Assembly (NCBI GenBank): GCA_001790445.1
Contig: MGCQ01000009.1
Location: forward strand, 33,799 to 79,490
DNA: 45,692 nt
Source of the DNA: Candidatus Saccharibacteria bacterium RIFCSPHIGHO2_12_FULL_41_12
GTDB taxonomy: Bacteria > Patescibacteriota > Saccharimonadia > Saccharimonadales > 2-12-FULL-41-12
Direction: 5' to 3'
Part shown: in pieces, positions 1-9,033 of the stretch
How the letters are laid out: every line of letters begins with the position of its first letter
Numbering within the stretch: the stretch's first letter is position 1
The notes under the pieces: model-generated
The model's database searches: none
Seen by the model: only the letters and a program-made list of their open reading frames with translations
Told to the model about the DNA's origin: nothing
Made by a program: the position numbers and the translations under genes

Positions 1-223
1 CACTTGGCAAGTCAAAATGGTCTTCGATGGCTCTTTTGTGGTAGCCAGTGACTAGGACTATGTCTTCAATCCCTGCATCAACCAATTCTTCGACGATGTA
101 CTGGATAACAGGTTTATCGACAATTGGCAGCATTTCTTTGGGGAAGGCTTTGGTTTGGGGTAAAAACCTGGTGCCAAGACCAGCAGCAGCAATTACAGCT
201 TTACGAACTTTCTTGTTGTTCAT
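1..223 (-). CDS. galU: UTP--glucose-1-phosphate uridylyltransferase, N-terminal 74 aa only (the rest lies beyond the window start)
   Basis: Reverse-strand translation from the ATG at complement 221-223 gives [60 protein letters not shown]. This carries the GxGTRxLPxTK sugar-1-phosphate nucleotidyltransferase signature. It is absent from the ORF track because it is truncated. Confidence 0.8.
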   Translation of the reverse strand, partial: MNNKKVRKAVIAAAGLGTRFLPQTKAFPKEMLPIVDKPVIQYIVEELVDAGIEDIVLVTGYHKRAIEDHFDLPS

Positions 224-233
224 ATCTATTATT

Positions 234-2063
234 TTACTCGACCGTGACTGATTTTGCTAGATTACGAGGGCGGTCGATGTTTCTGCCGAGTTTGCTGGCT
301 ATGTAGTAGGCGAACAATTGGGCAGCGACTTGTTGCAATATGGGCTGAAGTTCCTCCTCGCACTTTGGTATGTAAATGACATCATCGGCCAGTTCCTTGA
401 TGGCCTTATTGCCCTCGGTAGCAATGGCCACGACAGGTCCCCCGCGGGCTCGAATTTCCTGAATGTTGGAGTAGGTTTTTTCTAGCAATGGTGAATCGGT
501 AGCCATGGCAAAAGTCGGAAAGTTCTCATCGATTAAAGCGAGCGTGCCATGCTTCATCTCACCTGCGGCGCAACCCTCGGCGTGGATATACGAAGTTTCC
601 TTAAGCTTTAGTGCTCCCTCAAGGGCGGAGGGGAACGAGATATTGCGGCCGATGTACAAAAAACTATCATAATTGGCATATTTCTCAGCGATTTTTTTGA
701 TGTCCTCGGCGCTATCTAGTACGGCTTGAGCTTTGGCTGGTAGGGCTTCAAGCTCCTTAAGCAGGGGCTTAAACTGTGGGTGCTTGCCGTCTGATAGATG
801 CAGGGCAATTAGCGCAAGAACAGTTACCTGAGCGATAAAAGCTTTGGTGCTGGCTACAGCTCGCTCCGGTCCTGCATGGCAGTAGACACCGGCATCGGTC
901 ATTCGGGCAATGGTACTGCCAACGGCATTAACAACGCCGAGACGCAAGACGCCGAAATCTTCGACTTTTTTGATAGCGGCAATGGTGTCGGCAGTTTCGC
1001 CGGATTGCGAGATCGCCAGTAGCACTGTGCTGCGTGAAAATGGCTCATCACGGTACTTGAACTCACTGGCCAGATGAACTTCGACGGGGATACCGGCTAA
1101 CTCCTCGATCAGGTATTCGCCAATCAAACCGGCGTATGACGCGGTGCCACAAGCGACAATCACGATTCTCTCAATGTGCTTGAGTTGGCGTAGAACAGTT
1201 TCCAGACCGCCGAGTTTAACAGTTCCAGTATCCGCTCGTGCTCGGCCCAAAGTAGCGGTTTTGATAGTTGCTGGGGCCTCAAAAATTTCCTTGAGCATGA
1301 AGTTCGGAAAGTCGCCGAGCACAGCCTGCTCATTATCAAAATCCAATAACTCAACTTTAGGCTCTATGCGATTGTGATCTTTAAGGTTCTGAACCTGAAC
1401 TTTTTCAGCGGTCACTACGGCCACATCGTAATCTTCCAGATAAATAACCTTCTTAGTGTGGTCCATGATAGCCGAAGGGTCAGAAGCGACGATGTGCTCA
1501 CCGTCACCAACGCCAATAACCAGTGGGCTGGACAAACGGGCGGCATATAAGGTATTGGGCTCACGGACGGAGATAGCGACGATTGAATAGGCGCCACGCA
1601 CATCAGCCAGCGCGGCTTTAAAGGCCGCCTCAAATGAATCGAGCTGTTTTAGGTAAAAATCAATCAGGTTAGGAATAACTTCGGTGTCAGTTTGCGATTT
1701 GAAGTTGTACCCAGAGGCCTCTAGTTTAGTGCGTATCTCAGAAAAGTTTTCAATAATACCGTTATGGACGACGAAAATCGTTTGGTCGTTGTTGGTTTGC
1801 GGGTGGGCGTTTTCCGCCGTGACGCCACCATGCGTGGCCCAGCGGGTGTGACCCATCACTAGCGGTGCGCTAACATCTGACTGCTTAGAAATTGTCTTGA
1901 TTAGACCGCTGACTCGGCCGACTTCTTTAAATACCTGGCTCTTTTCGCCGTCAATAAGGGCAATCCCGGCCGAATCATAGCCTCGATATTCCAGAGCCTC
2001 CAGACCATCAAGCACGACTTTTGTACCGGAACGCTTACCAATATAGCCGACTATCCCGCACAT
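234..2063 (-). CDS. glmS: Glutamine--fructose-6-phosphate aminotransferase
   Basis: 609-aa ORF. The N-terminal MCGIVGY has the catalytic Cys2 of Ntn amidotransferases. Two SIS-type regions follow, and the C-terminal ...AKSVTVE is typical of GlmS. Confidence 0.97.
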   Translation of the reverse strand: MCGIVGYIGKRSGTKVVLDGLEALEYRGYDSAGIALIDGEKSQVFKEVGRVSGLIKTISKQSDVSAPLVMGHTRWATHGGVTAENAHPQTNNDQTIFVVHNGIIENFSEIRTKLEASGYNFKSQTDTEVIPNLIDFYLKQLDSFEAAFKAALADVRGAYSIVAISVREPNTLYAARLSSPLVIGVGDGEHIVASDPSAIMDHTKKVIYLEDYDVAVVTAEKVQVQNLKDHNRIEPKVELLDFDNEQAVLGDFPNFMLKEIFEAPATIKTATLGRARADTGTVKLGGLETVLRQLKHIERIVIVACGTASYAGLIGEYLIEELAGIPVEVHLASEFKYRDEPFSRSTVLLAISQSGETADTIAAIKKVEDFGVLRLGVVNAVGSTIARMTDAGVYCHAGPERAVASTKAFIAQVTVLALIALHLSDGKHPQFKPLLKELEALPAKAQAVLDSAEDIKKIAEKYANYDSFLYIGRNISFPSALEGALKLKETSYIHAEGCAAGEMKHGTLALIDENFPTFAMATDSPLLEKTYSNIQEIRARGGPVVAIATEGNKAIKELADDVIYIPKCEEELQPILQQVAAQLFAYYIASKLGRNIDRPRNLAKSVTVE

Positions 2064-2066
2064 ATG

Positions 2067-3155
2067 TTAATTGATTTCTTTCATTAGTTCCTTAATTTTA
2101 TCACGAAAATTGACAGACGAAAATTGCCCCGCAGACTGAGCCACTTCGTGGGGGTTGTACTTTTTTGAGTCAAATTTTTTAAGGACAGACAACAACGAAC
2201 TAACAGATTGCTGATCAAAAAATTCGCCTGTTTGCCCAGGATTAACATAATCCAGAGCTCCACCACCTCTGAAAGCAATTACCGGCGTTCCTGCAGCCAA
2301 AGCTTCTATTGAGACAACACCAAAATCATCAATACCGGGGAAAATAAATCCCTCTGCGTTTTTTAGTAAACCCACAATATCTTTGTCAGAAGGATTATTG
2401 AAGAACTGAACGGTTGCTCCAGCAATAGACCTAAGTTTTTTATTGTCAGGTCCATTGCCTAGAACTTTTAGATCAAGACCGAGTTTTGTGCAGGCAGAGA
2501 CAGCAAGATCAATTTTTTTATATGGTGTTTGACGACCAATAACTACAAACCCGTGTCTTGTTTGTTGGTTTTGATTTTTGGTGAAACGATTTAGATCAAC
2601 AGGGGGGTGAATTACCTTTGAGTCCCGACCGTAATATTTTTTTATCTGGTCTTTTGTATAATTTGAATTAGTAATAATCTGGTCGATGGCCTGAGTCTTT
2701 TTGAAGTCGAGTTTTCTGAGTGGTCCCACTAAAATTTTAAGGCCTAATTTTGCCAACCAATTCGTGCCCCTAGGGAAACCTGGGTATTTGAGATAATTAT
2801 CATAACGAGCCCAATAATAATGAGTAGGAGCATGCATATAACAGATGTGTTTTTTTGCTTTGATATATTTTGCCTCTGCTCCGCTGGAGGAAATAACCAA
2901 GTCATAATTAGTTAAATCCAGCCGAGAGAAATATATAGCACGCAGCACAGGCAAAAACTTTTTTAACTTTGGCGATAACTTTTGTAGCCAACCTGCCCTG
3001 ACATCTGAATTTTTAAACCAATCAATTTTCTTTGGATCATACTGAGAAGTATAAATCGGCGCCTCAGGATATAAATTAGCCAATTCTTTGACTACGCGCT
3101 CAGCGCCACCTTTACCGGTCAACCAATCACATACAATCGCTACTTTCACAACCAC
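2067..3155 (-). CDS. Glycosyltransferase, GT-B fold, family 4-like
   Basis: 362-aa ORF only 3 nt upstream of glmS. The C-terminal region GFIFPGIDDFGVVSIEALAAGTPVIAFRGGGALDYV resembles the GT4 donor-binding motif. Confidence 0.85.
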   Translation of the reverse strand: MVVKVAIVCDWLTGKGGAERVVKELANLYPEAPIYTSQYDPKKIDWFKNSDVRAGWLQKLSPKLKKFLPVLRAIYFSRLDLTNYDLVISSSGAEAKYIKAKKHICYMHAPTHYYWARYDNYLKYPGFPRGTNWLAKLGLKILVGPLRKLDFKKTQAIDQIITNSNYTKDQIKKYYGRDSKVIHPPVDLNRFTKNQNQQTRHGFVVIGRQTPYKKIDLAVSACTKLGLDLKVLGNGPDNKKLRSIAGATVQFFNNPSDKDIVGLLKNAEGFIFPGIDDFGVVSIEALAAGTPVIAFRGGGALDYVNPGQTGEFFDQQSVSSLLSVLKKFDSKKYNPHEVAQSAGQFSSVNFRDKIKELMKEIN

Positions 3156-3343
3156 GCACCGCCTTTGCCTGCTAGCTCGCAGAGCGAGCTACTCTGCAAA
3201 GTCTCTTGGACTATAATAAATTTTTCTTCTGCGGTATTCACTTCACCGTACCGTGTGTACGGCTCGCTCCATTCCTCAAAGAGAAAATTCATTCTAGTCT
3301 CAAGTGCGGTGGCTGTGCTCATCGTAGGGTTATTTTGCGCCAT
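3146..3343 (-). CDS. Small acidic hypothetical protein (65 aa)
   Basis: The ORF fills the gap between the sugar transferase and the GT4 gene on the same strand and overlaps both by 10-14 nt. I recognise no family, so it may be spurious. Confidence 0.3.
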   Translation of the reverse strand: MAQNNPTMSTATALETRMNFLFEEWSEPYTRYGEVNTAEEKFIIVQETLQSSSLCELAGKGGAWL

Positions 3344-4757
3344 TTTTTGCGATGACTACCCTTATTGTGCGGACTAGGATTGATATATCTAACCAGAAGT
3401 TCCAGTTTTGGACGTAATAGACGTCTAGGCGTCGACGTTCTTCAAAATCTATGTCTTTGCGTCCGGAGACTTGGGCCAGGCCTGTGATGCCTGATTTTAC
3501 GCTCAGAATATGATGTTTTTTGTTATAGGCTCCGATTTCTTTAGGGATCAGTGCACGCGGGCCGACTAGGCTCAGATCGCCCACAAGCACATTCCAAATT
3601 TGAGGTAACTCATCAAGGCTCGAGGCTCGTAAAAATCGACTAAATGATCCATAACGTAGGTCATTATCTATTTGGTCGCCGCTGTCTCTATATTTACGGA
3701 TTAGCTCTGGCTTGCCCATTTTAGTGAAAGCTTCCTCTGGAGTCAGCCCATTGTACTCAGACTTGCAAGTTCGAAATTTGATCAATTTAAACTCTTGGTG
3801 GAACCGAGTAATACGCGTTTGTTTGAAAAAGATACCAGCTTTTGGTTCAGTGATTTTTTGCAAGAGGGCAATAGTCAAATATATAGGCGACAACAATATG
3901 AGCAGTGAAAGACTAACGAATATATCGAATAACCTTTTAACTATTCTCCCCCAGCCGAGCAGAGATGTTTGATGTACCGATACAACAGGGGTATCATGGA
4001 CTAACTCAATTTCGATTTTGCCAGACATAATTTCGTTATTTCCAGGAACAAATTGATATGCAATATGATTGATTTGAGCAAATTCTAGTATCTTGGAATC
4101 TTCGTCAGAATTGTTCGAAAGTTCAATCACAAGGATTGATTGGATACTGTATATCCCAAGCTTATCAACTGCCTCATCGATAGAAGAAAATTTTCGTATT
4201 CCGTGAGTGTTGTCAGTAGACCCAACAATTCCAAGAATTTTGTACTCATTTTCTCGATCCATAAAATATTTAATTAAGTCAAAAGAGGCCCCGTTGTAAC
4301 CAACTATCAGCAGATTGACCCGCCCCCAGCCACGTTTGAGCAAGATCTTTCTGGAAATTTTTGCAAAAGTTCTAAATATAATCAAAAAGCCCAGGCTCAA
4401 CACCAAAGCATATATCGGGACAAGGCGAGCAGGAAATAAGTTTTTTGGGACAACAAAATCCCAACCAATAACCAACAAAATTCCAATAAATGATCCAATT
4501 ATCAGCCGCCCAAGTTCTTTGAAACGATTATTGTAGATAGATCTTTGGTAAAGACCAATCGCAAAATGTGCCACTATCCAAAGAGGCACGACCAAAATAA
4601 TCGCAGTCAGATATTCTTTTGAAGAAATTTGTTCTATCAGTGGTCGATCATCAAATTTTACACGAATAATATAGGCAGCAACAAAAGCTAGTACAATAGC
4701 CAAGAAATCACCAATAAGTAAGAAAAATGAGTAAATGACGGATATATTTTTATGCAT
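3330..4757 (-). CDS. Polyprenyl-phosphate glycosylphosphotransferase (bacterial sugar transferase, WbaP-like)
   Basis: The C-terminal domain carries SLDELPQIWNVLVGDLSLVGPRA and GITGLAQVSGR motifs, with several N-terminal TM helices. I place the start at MHKNISV (ATG complement 4755-4757). The ORF track extends to 4853. Confidence 0.85.
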   Translation of the reverse strand: MHKNISVIYSFFLLIGDFLAIVLAFVAAYIIRVKFDDRPLIEQISSKEYLTAIILVVPLWIVAHFAIGLYQRSIYNNRFKELGRLIIGSFIGILLVIGWDFVVPKNLFPARLVPIYALVLSLGFLIIFRTFAKISRKILLKRGWGRVNLLIVGYNGASFDLIKYFMDRENEYKILGIVGSTDNTHGIRKFSSIDEAVDKLGIYSIQSILVIELSNNSDEDSKILEFAQINHIAYQFVPGNNEIMSGKIEIELVHDTPVVSVHQTSLLGWGRIVKRLFDIFVSLSLLILLSPIYLTIALLQKITEPKAGIFFKQTRITRFHQEFKLIKFRTCKSEYNGLTPEEAFTKMGKPELIRKYRDSGDQIDNDLRYGSFSRFLRASSLDELPQIWNVLVGDLSLVGPRALIPKEIGAYNKKHHILSVKSGITGLAQVSGRKDIDFEERRRLDVYYVQNWNFWLDISILVRTIRVVIAKNGAK

Positions 4758-4825
4758 AGCTTTGACCAGCCTATTATACCACCTCACTAACTGTGGTATA
4801 ATTGACAAACAATAATCAAAATAAA

Positions 4826-5296
4826 ATGGCACAAAAAAAGACAAACAAAACAAAACTTCAAAAAAACTGGTTGAACCGGCGAGAGTTTGTCAGATTTGCA
4901 GAATATATGGCCGCCGGTGGGGCCCAGTTTTGGTCTGGATACATCGGGTTTGCGGTTCTCGATAAAATCCTTGGTGTAAGTTTCTGGCCAGCAAAGGCGC
5001 TGGCTTTTATCATCGGGGCAAGTGTCAACTTTTTTCTTGAAAGATATTGGGTTTTCGCCCAAAAGAGAACAACAACAAGAGATTTGAGCGAATCCGCCGA
5101 GAAATTTTATTTTTTGATGTTTATTAATTTTGTACTTGATTTGGCTATAGTTGGTGGCCTGCGAGAAATAGGCATTTCTCCGTATATTGGACAATTTGTC
5201 AGTGCAGGATTTTTTACGGTATTTAACTTTGTTTTGTTCAAAATATGGGTATTTTCCAAAAAAAGAAAAAGTCAAAAAACTAAAAAGAGAAAATAG
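4826..5296 (+). CDS. GtrA-family membrane protein
   Basis: Four predicted TM helices. FAEYMAAGGAQFWSGY and SVNFFLERYWVF resemble the GtrA-like family. Start taken at ATG 4826; the track uses TTG 4802. Confidence 0.75.
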   Translation: MAQKKTNKTKLQKNWLNRREFVRFAEYMAAGGAQFWSGYIGFAVLDKILGVSFWPAKALAFIIGASVNFFLERYWVFAQKRTTTRDLSESAEKFYFLMFINFVLDLAIVGGLREIGISPYIGQFVSAGFFTVFNFVLFKIWVFSKKRKSQKTKKRK

Positions 5297-5298
5297 CT

Positions 5299-5736
5299 AT
5301 GTCTGGGCAACGACCAAGCAAAAAACAATTTGAAATCATAAATTTCATAGATGTGTTTATCAAACAACATGGGTATGGACCAAGCTACCGTGAAGTTATG
5401 AGCGGGCTGGGTTATTCATCAGTGGCGACCGTATCTGTGCACATCAATAATCTAATTACCAAAGGTCTTTTGACGAAGAAAGACCACAGCGCACGTTCTC
5501 TTTCTGTGGTTAAAAGCGATGGTCCAACAGTCCTGCCAACAAATCAAATAGAGTCAAAAGACGAAAAGTGGCTAGTTGATAAAATCGAATACTTTTTCCG
5601 CCTGGCAGAGGATTTGCCTGATCAGGACCAGGTAGATAACCTCTATGTTTTAATTGGTGCTTTGAAAGTGCTTGGGCTCAATGAAGCAGCGCAATCCTTC
5701 ATGCCAAGATTGTCCGAACTTAAGAAGCGAGTATAA
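5299..5736 (+). CDS. LexA-type winged-helix DNA-binding protein without an S24 peptidase domain
   Basis: The N-terminus KKQFEIINFIDVFIKQHGYGPSYREVMSGLGYSSVATVSVHINNLITKGLLTKKDHSARSLSVV aligns by eye with the E. coli LexA DNA-binding domain. The remaining ~70 aa are too short and lack Ser/Lys protease motifs. Confidence 0.7.
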   Translation: MSGQRPSKKQFEIINFIDVFIKQHGYGPSYREVMSGLGYSSVATVSVHINNLITKGLLTKKDHSARSLSVVKSDGPTVLPTNQIESKDEKWLVDKIEYFFRLAEDLPDQDQVDNLYVLIGALKVLGLNEAAQSFMPRLSELKKRV

Positions 5737-5746
5737 TTAACCCAAG

Positions 5747-5917
5747 ATGATCACAACCTTCGCACTTGAGTTAAAAAATATTCTTCTCTTTGAGAAACGG
5801 ACCGAGCTGTACCAAAAGTACAGTGAAGGGAGTATCGCAAAAGAAAGATTATTTTTTAGCCAAGAGGCCTTTCAGCGCAACTGGCTGAGCCAGTTGACAG
5901 GAAAGGGCGGTGCGTAG
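5747..5917 (+). CDS. Small hypothetical protein (56 aa)
   Basis: Hand-translated ORF MITTFALELKNILLFEKRTELYQKYSEGSIAKERLFFSQEAFQRNWLSQLTGKGGA. It exactly fills the gap between the lexA-like gene and uppP and is below the track cutoff. No Shine-Dalgarno sequence seen. Confidence 0.3.
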   Translation: MITTFALELKNILLFEKRTELYQKYSEGSIAKERLFFSQEAFQRNWLSQLTGKGGA

Positions 5918-5923
5918 GTTGTG

Positions 5924-6727
5924 ATGGACTTACTTCAGGCAGTTTTATTAGGGATTATTGAGGGGCTTACAGAGTTTTTGCCAATATCTAGTACAGGACA
6001 TCTTATAGTTGCGGAAGATCTGGTTGGCTATAAAGATACAGCAGAAATTTTCACTGTGGTTATTCAAATGGGGGCGATAGCCGCGGTTTTGTGGTTTTAT
6101 CGACTTGATTTGGTTAAAAAAACACAGGGACTTCTTAAAAGAGATGAAAAAACAATAAAGTTCTGGATTAATTGGGTGGTTGCTACGATCCCAGCAATTG
6201 TTTTTGGTTTGGCGTTCAAAGATATTATAGGTGAATACGCTGTTTCGTTAACGGTTGGCATAGCTTTGGTTGTCGGAGGTATTATTATTTGGCTAATAGA
6301 AAATTATCACAAGGCTTCCAAAAACACAGGCGACGCAAAGCTCGACGAGCTGACATTAACACAATCGTTCAAAGTAGGTTTGTTTCAGGTTTTAGCCTTG
6401 ATCCCAGGGGTTTCTAGGAGTGGAGCGACTATTATGGGCGGATTGCTCTCTGGACTTGATCGAGTTACGGCGACGGCTTTTTCATTTTATTTAAGTATTC
6501 CAGTAATTATTCTGGCGGGGTCATATCAGTTGATAAAAGGACATAGTGAGCTAGGCACAGTATCTGGAGGGCCAATGGCTATCGTTGCAGGTACAGTCGT
6601 ATCATTTTTCGTAGCATTATTTTCAATAAAATGGTTACTCCACTATGTGTCGAGAAATGACTTTAAGTTCTTTGCTTACTACCGTATATTTGTAGGATTG
6701 TTGATCATATTCGCGATAATTATTTGA
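5924..6727 (+). CDS. uppP: Undecaprenyl-diphosphate phosphatase
   Basis: The 267-268 aa multi-TM protein has EGLTEFLPISSTGHL near the N-terminus and PGVSRSGATI, both hallmark BacA/UppP motifs. An alternative GTG start lies at 5921. Confidence 0.93.
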   Translation: MDLLQAVLLGIIEGLTEFLPISSTGHLIVAEDLVGYKDTAEIFTVVIQMGAIAAVLWFYRLDLVKKTQGLLKRDEKTIKFWINWVVATIPAIVFGLAFKDIIGEYAVSLTVGIALVVGGIIIWLIENYHKASKNTGDAKLDELTLTQSFKVGLFQVLALIPGVSRSGATIMGGLLSGLDRVTATAFSFYLSIPVIILAGSYQLIKGHSELGTVSGGPMAIVAGTVVSFFVALFSIKWLLHYVSRNDFKFFAYYRIFVGLLIIFAIII

Positions 6728-6768
6728 GTGCAGTAGTGTGGTAAAAAGTACCTTTGACGCTACTGGTA

Positions 6769-6910
6769 GCGTAAAGATATACTAAAAGTACTTTAAAATT
6801 ATGAGCTGGAATCCTGTGCAATTCAGGAACTGTGCCGCAACGGTAATCCGTTCTTCGCGTAAAGCTTCGAAGGACAGTAAGTCCGATACAGCGAATCTTA
6901 CGTTAAAGCC
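6769..6910 (+). promoter_or_regulatory. Cobalamin (B12) riboswitch-like leader
   Basis: 6808-6846 reads GGAAUCCUGUGCAAUUCAGGAACUGUGCCGCAACGGUAA. This matches the conserved core as I remember it from E. coli btuB (GGAAUCCAGUGCGAAUCUGGAGCUGACGCGCAGCGGUAA). GAAGG lies at 6869-6873, and a B12-box-like AAGUCCGAUACAGC lies at 6879-6892. Candidate P1 pairings are 6769-6778 with 6895-6903, or 6793-6798 with 6904-6909. No covariance-model search was run. Confidence 0.6.
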
Positions 6911-6967
6911 TCTCGAGCAAGAGCAGTCCATGCGACTTCTCCGCTTTACTAAAGAGAAATAAACAAC

Positions 6968-8518
6968 ATGGAAGCATTAGAACAAAAACCACCAGCATTA
7001 GCAGAGTATCAACCAGGTTTGGTGCCTGATTTTATGGGGCCTGATTTTACAGTTATTTCAGGTGGCGGTGAGTCAACGCCACACGCTGGGTCGCTAGAGC
7101 TTGTTGCCCCTAATGAAAGCCGCCTGCTTGGTGATGTAGATGATCTGGCGCGATATAGACTAGGTGATGGCTCATATGAGCCACATGCTGAGGTAAGCGT
7201 ATGGCAGAGCAAGGTAACTGCTGTTCAAGAAGGAGCAATGCCGAACGCAATCTCAAATGTAGAACACCTATGGTTTGCGCGACCTGAGGGCACAGGCGGA
7301 AGAATTATGAATTTGGGTAGAACAGCCGTAGAGACTGCGATGAGGGGTTCCATGTACTATAAAAGTCCTGAGACGCAAGCTCGAGGTGATGTTGAGGTAG
7401 AACAGGCTAGACATCAAGAAAACACTTTAAGACCAGGTTATGCGCAGATTATGATATCTCCAAGGATGACCCTAAAAGATGCAACTCTTGAAGTTGCCAA
7501 GGCAGAGGGCCTAGCAGAAACAGATTCAATCCAGGTTGGCTGGCTTGATACTAAGTCAGATGAACAGCCAAAAGCAGTTACAAATTGCCTGTTAGCCCCA
7601 GATGTCCCTATACAGGCTTGGGTAAAAATGTTCGCCGATGAGGACAATATATTTGGTAAATCTATTACTGTTGAAGATCCTGAGTCAGCTTTGTCAGTTA
7701 TGAAGTGCTTCAATGAGCTAGAAGTGCCAGTCGATAAACTACCAGAAGGACCGCTGACTATTCTCGCAGAGGTGGTGTCGTACATAGAAGATCCTATCGC
7801 GCGTCAAAAAGTCACAGATCATGTAGGGACATTTCGTAAAAGCGACCAGCAAGAATTAAAAGAATTAGCAACCGGTCCCGCCAAGAGATGGGTGAAGTTT
7901 GATAAATCGACAGAGCAGAGTCTGAGGAAGGGTTATGCAAATGATGAGATTAGGGGCTTTATTGATAGTCTAGACGGTAGTTGGAATGATGAGGATCAAG
8001 AGACAGTTGAGAGACACAAGATAGTTGATAATAGTAGTGTTGGGTATCTGATGACCCGCGAATTAGCAGAAATAGTGCAAAAAGCTGAAGAGAATCTTAT
8101 ACTAACCACAACGGCTGTTATGGTTAAAAACGAGAAAGTTATAGCTCAGATAGAACCAGAAGTAGTAAAGATAATTCGTGCAAGAGAGACAGCAGTTCAA
8201 CAAGCTCAAATGGCAAACGCACAGATTCATTTTTATGAAATCAATCAGCACAATATTAATAGAACCATAGCTAGTCAGAAAGTTAGGGTTGGTGGGGGTT
8301 GTAATGGCGAAAACAATGCATTCGGGAATAGTACACAAGGGGAAACAGAAGTTGAGATGAGCTGGGGAGTATCTCTTAACAGCAGTAGTACAAGAGGCAG
8401 AAGAGATAGGCGCGGTCTACTTAAATTCAAGTGCCAAAATGGCCACCCAAACACCAGAGATTACGGTGAATTGATAGAGAATTGTACTACTTGTGGCAAA
8501 AGAGTAAAATGCAAATAG
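6968..8518 (+). CDS. Orphan 516-aa soluble protein with a C-terminal zinc-ribbon-like motif
   Basis: Long uninterrupted ORF directly downstream of the riboswitch-like leader. The C-terminus is KFKCQNGHPNTRDYGELIENCTTCGKRVKC (C-x3-H ... C-x2-C). No family recognised and no TM helices. Confidence 0.8.
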   Translation: MEALEQKPPALAEYQPGLVPDFMGPDFTVISGGGESTPHAGSLELVAPNESRLLGDVDDLARYRLGDGSYEPHAEVSVWQSKVTAVQEGAMPNAISNVEHLWFARPEGTGGRIMNLGRTAVETAMRGSMYYKSPETQARGDVEVEQARHQENTLRPGYAQIMISPRMTLKDATLEVAKAEGLAETDSIQVGWLDTKSDEQPKAVTNCLLAPDVPIQAWVKMFADEDNIFGKSITVEDPESALSVMKCFNELEVPVDKLPEGPLTILAEVVSYIEDPIARQKVTDHVGTFRKSDQQELKELATGPAKRWVKFDKSTEQSLRKGYANDEIRGFIDSLDGSWNDEDQETVERHKIVDNSSVGYLMTRELAEIVQKAEENLILTTTAVMVKNEKVIAQIEPEVVKIIRARETAVQQAQMANAQIHFYEINQHNINRTIASQKVRVGGGCNGENNAFGNSTQGETEVEMSWGVSLNSSSTRGRRDRRGLLKFKCQNGHPNTRDYGELIENCTTCGKRVKCK

Positions 8519-9031
8519 ATGAGTGCGATTGGGATTTTTACTGGAGCATTTGACCCTATTCATAGTGGTCACCTGGCTTTTGCACATAAAGCTTTAAATC
8601 TGAGTCTGGATAAAATTTATTTTTTGCCTGAGCCTAAACCCAGAATGAAACCAAATGTATCTGATCTAGATGATCGCATATCAAAATTAAATAAAGCGAC
8701 AGAACAAGACTCTAGACTCGGGGTTATTAAGCTAAAACAAAATAATTTTGAAGTTCAAAGCGTATTGAGTGAGCTAAATCAGATATTTCCAGATAGCAAG
8801 TTTGTATTTCTGTTCGGTGATGACGTGCTTGATCATTTAGCCAATTGGAAAGATCTAGATATTTTCGCAAAAGAGACAGAGTTTTTGATAGCGACACGAA
8901 ATAATTCTATTGGACAGATCAGTAATGTTTTTAAAGATTTCAAATTGCAGGGCTTAGGGTTTAATTACCAAATTATTGAACTTAATGAGGGTATATCTTC
9001 TACAGAAATACGTAGCCGAGATACTAATTAA
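8519..9031 (+). CDS. nadD: NadD-like nucleotidyltransferase (nicotinate-nucleotide adenylyltransferase family)
   Basis: GAFDPIHSGHL matches the (H/T)xGH motif and ISSTEIR matches the ISSTxxR motif. The ATG directly abuts the TAG of the upstream 516-aa ORF. Confidence 0.75.
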   Translation: MSAIGIFTGAFDPIHSGHLAFAHKALNLSLDKIYFLPEPKPRMKPNVSDLDDRISKLNKATEQDSRLGVIKLKQNNFEVQSVLSELNQIFPDSKFVFLFGDDVLDHLANWKDLDIFAKETEFLIATRNNSIGQISNVFKDFKLQGLGFNYQIIELNEGISSTEIRSRDTN

Positions 9032-9033
9032 TA

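Noticed and set aside
1144-1633. Track ORFs 1144..1377 (+), 1160..1354 (-) and 1415..1633 (-). The same applies to similar 60-120 aa ORFs inside other long genes, for example 7009..7212, 7438..7785, 13294..13751, 14511..15035, 41726..42674 and 45258..45593.
   Set aside because: They lie in alternate frames or antisense within well-supported conserved genes (glmS, aspS, ftsH, lepA and others). Their composition is low-complexity and they have no start-site signals. They are shadow ORFs.
6968-8518. Horizontal acquisition of the orphan ORFs (6968-8518, 37895-38155, 38817-39890), inferred from apparently higher GC content.
   Set aside because: By eye, conserved housekeeping genes such as glmS and ftsH are similarly GC-richer than the membrane and orphan genes. 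Composition alone does not support horizontal transfer. This would need a proper sliding-window GC and codon-usage calculation.
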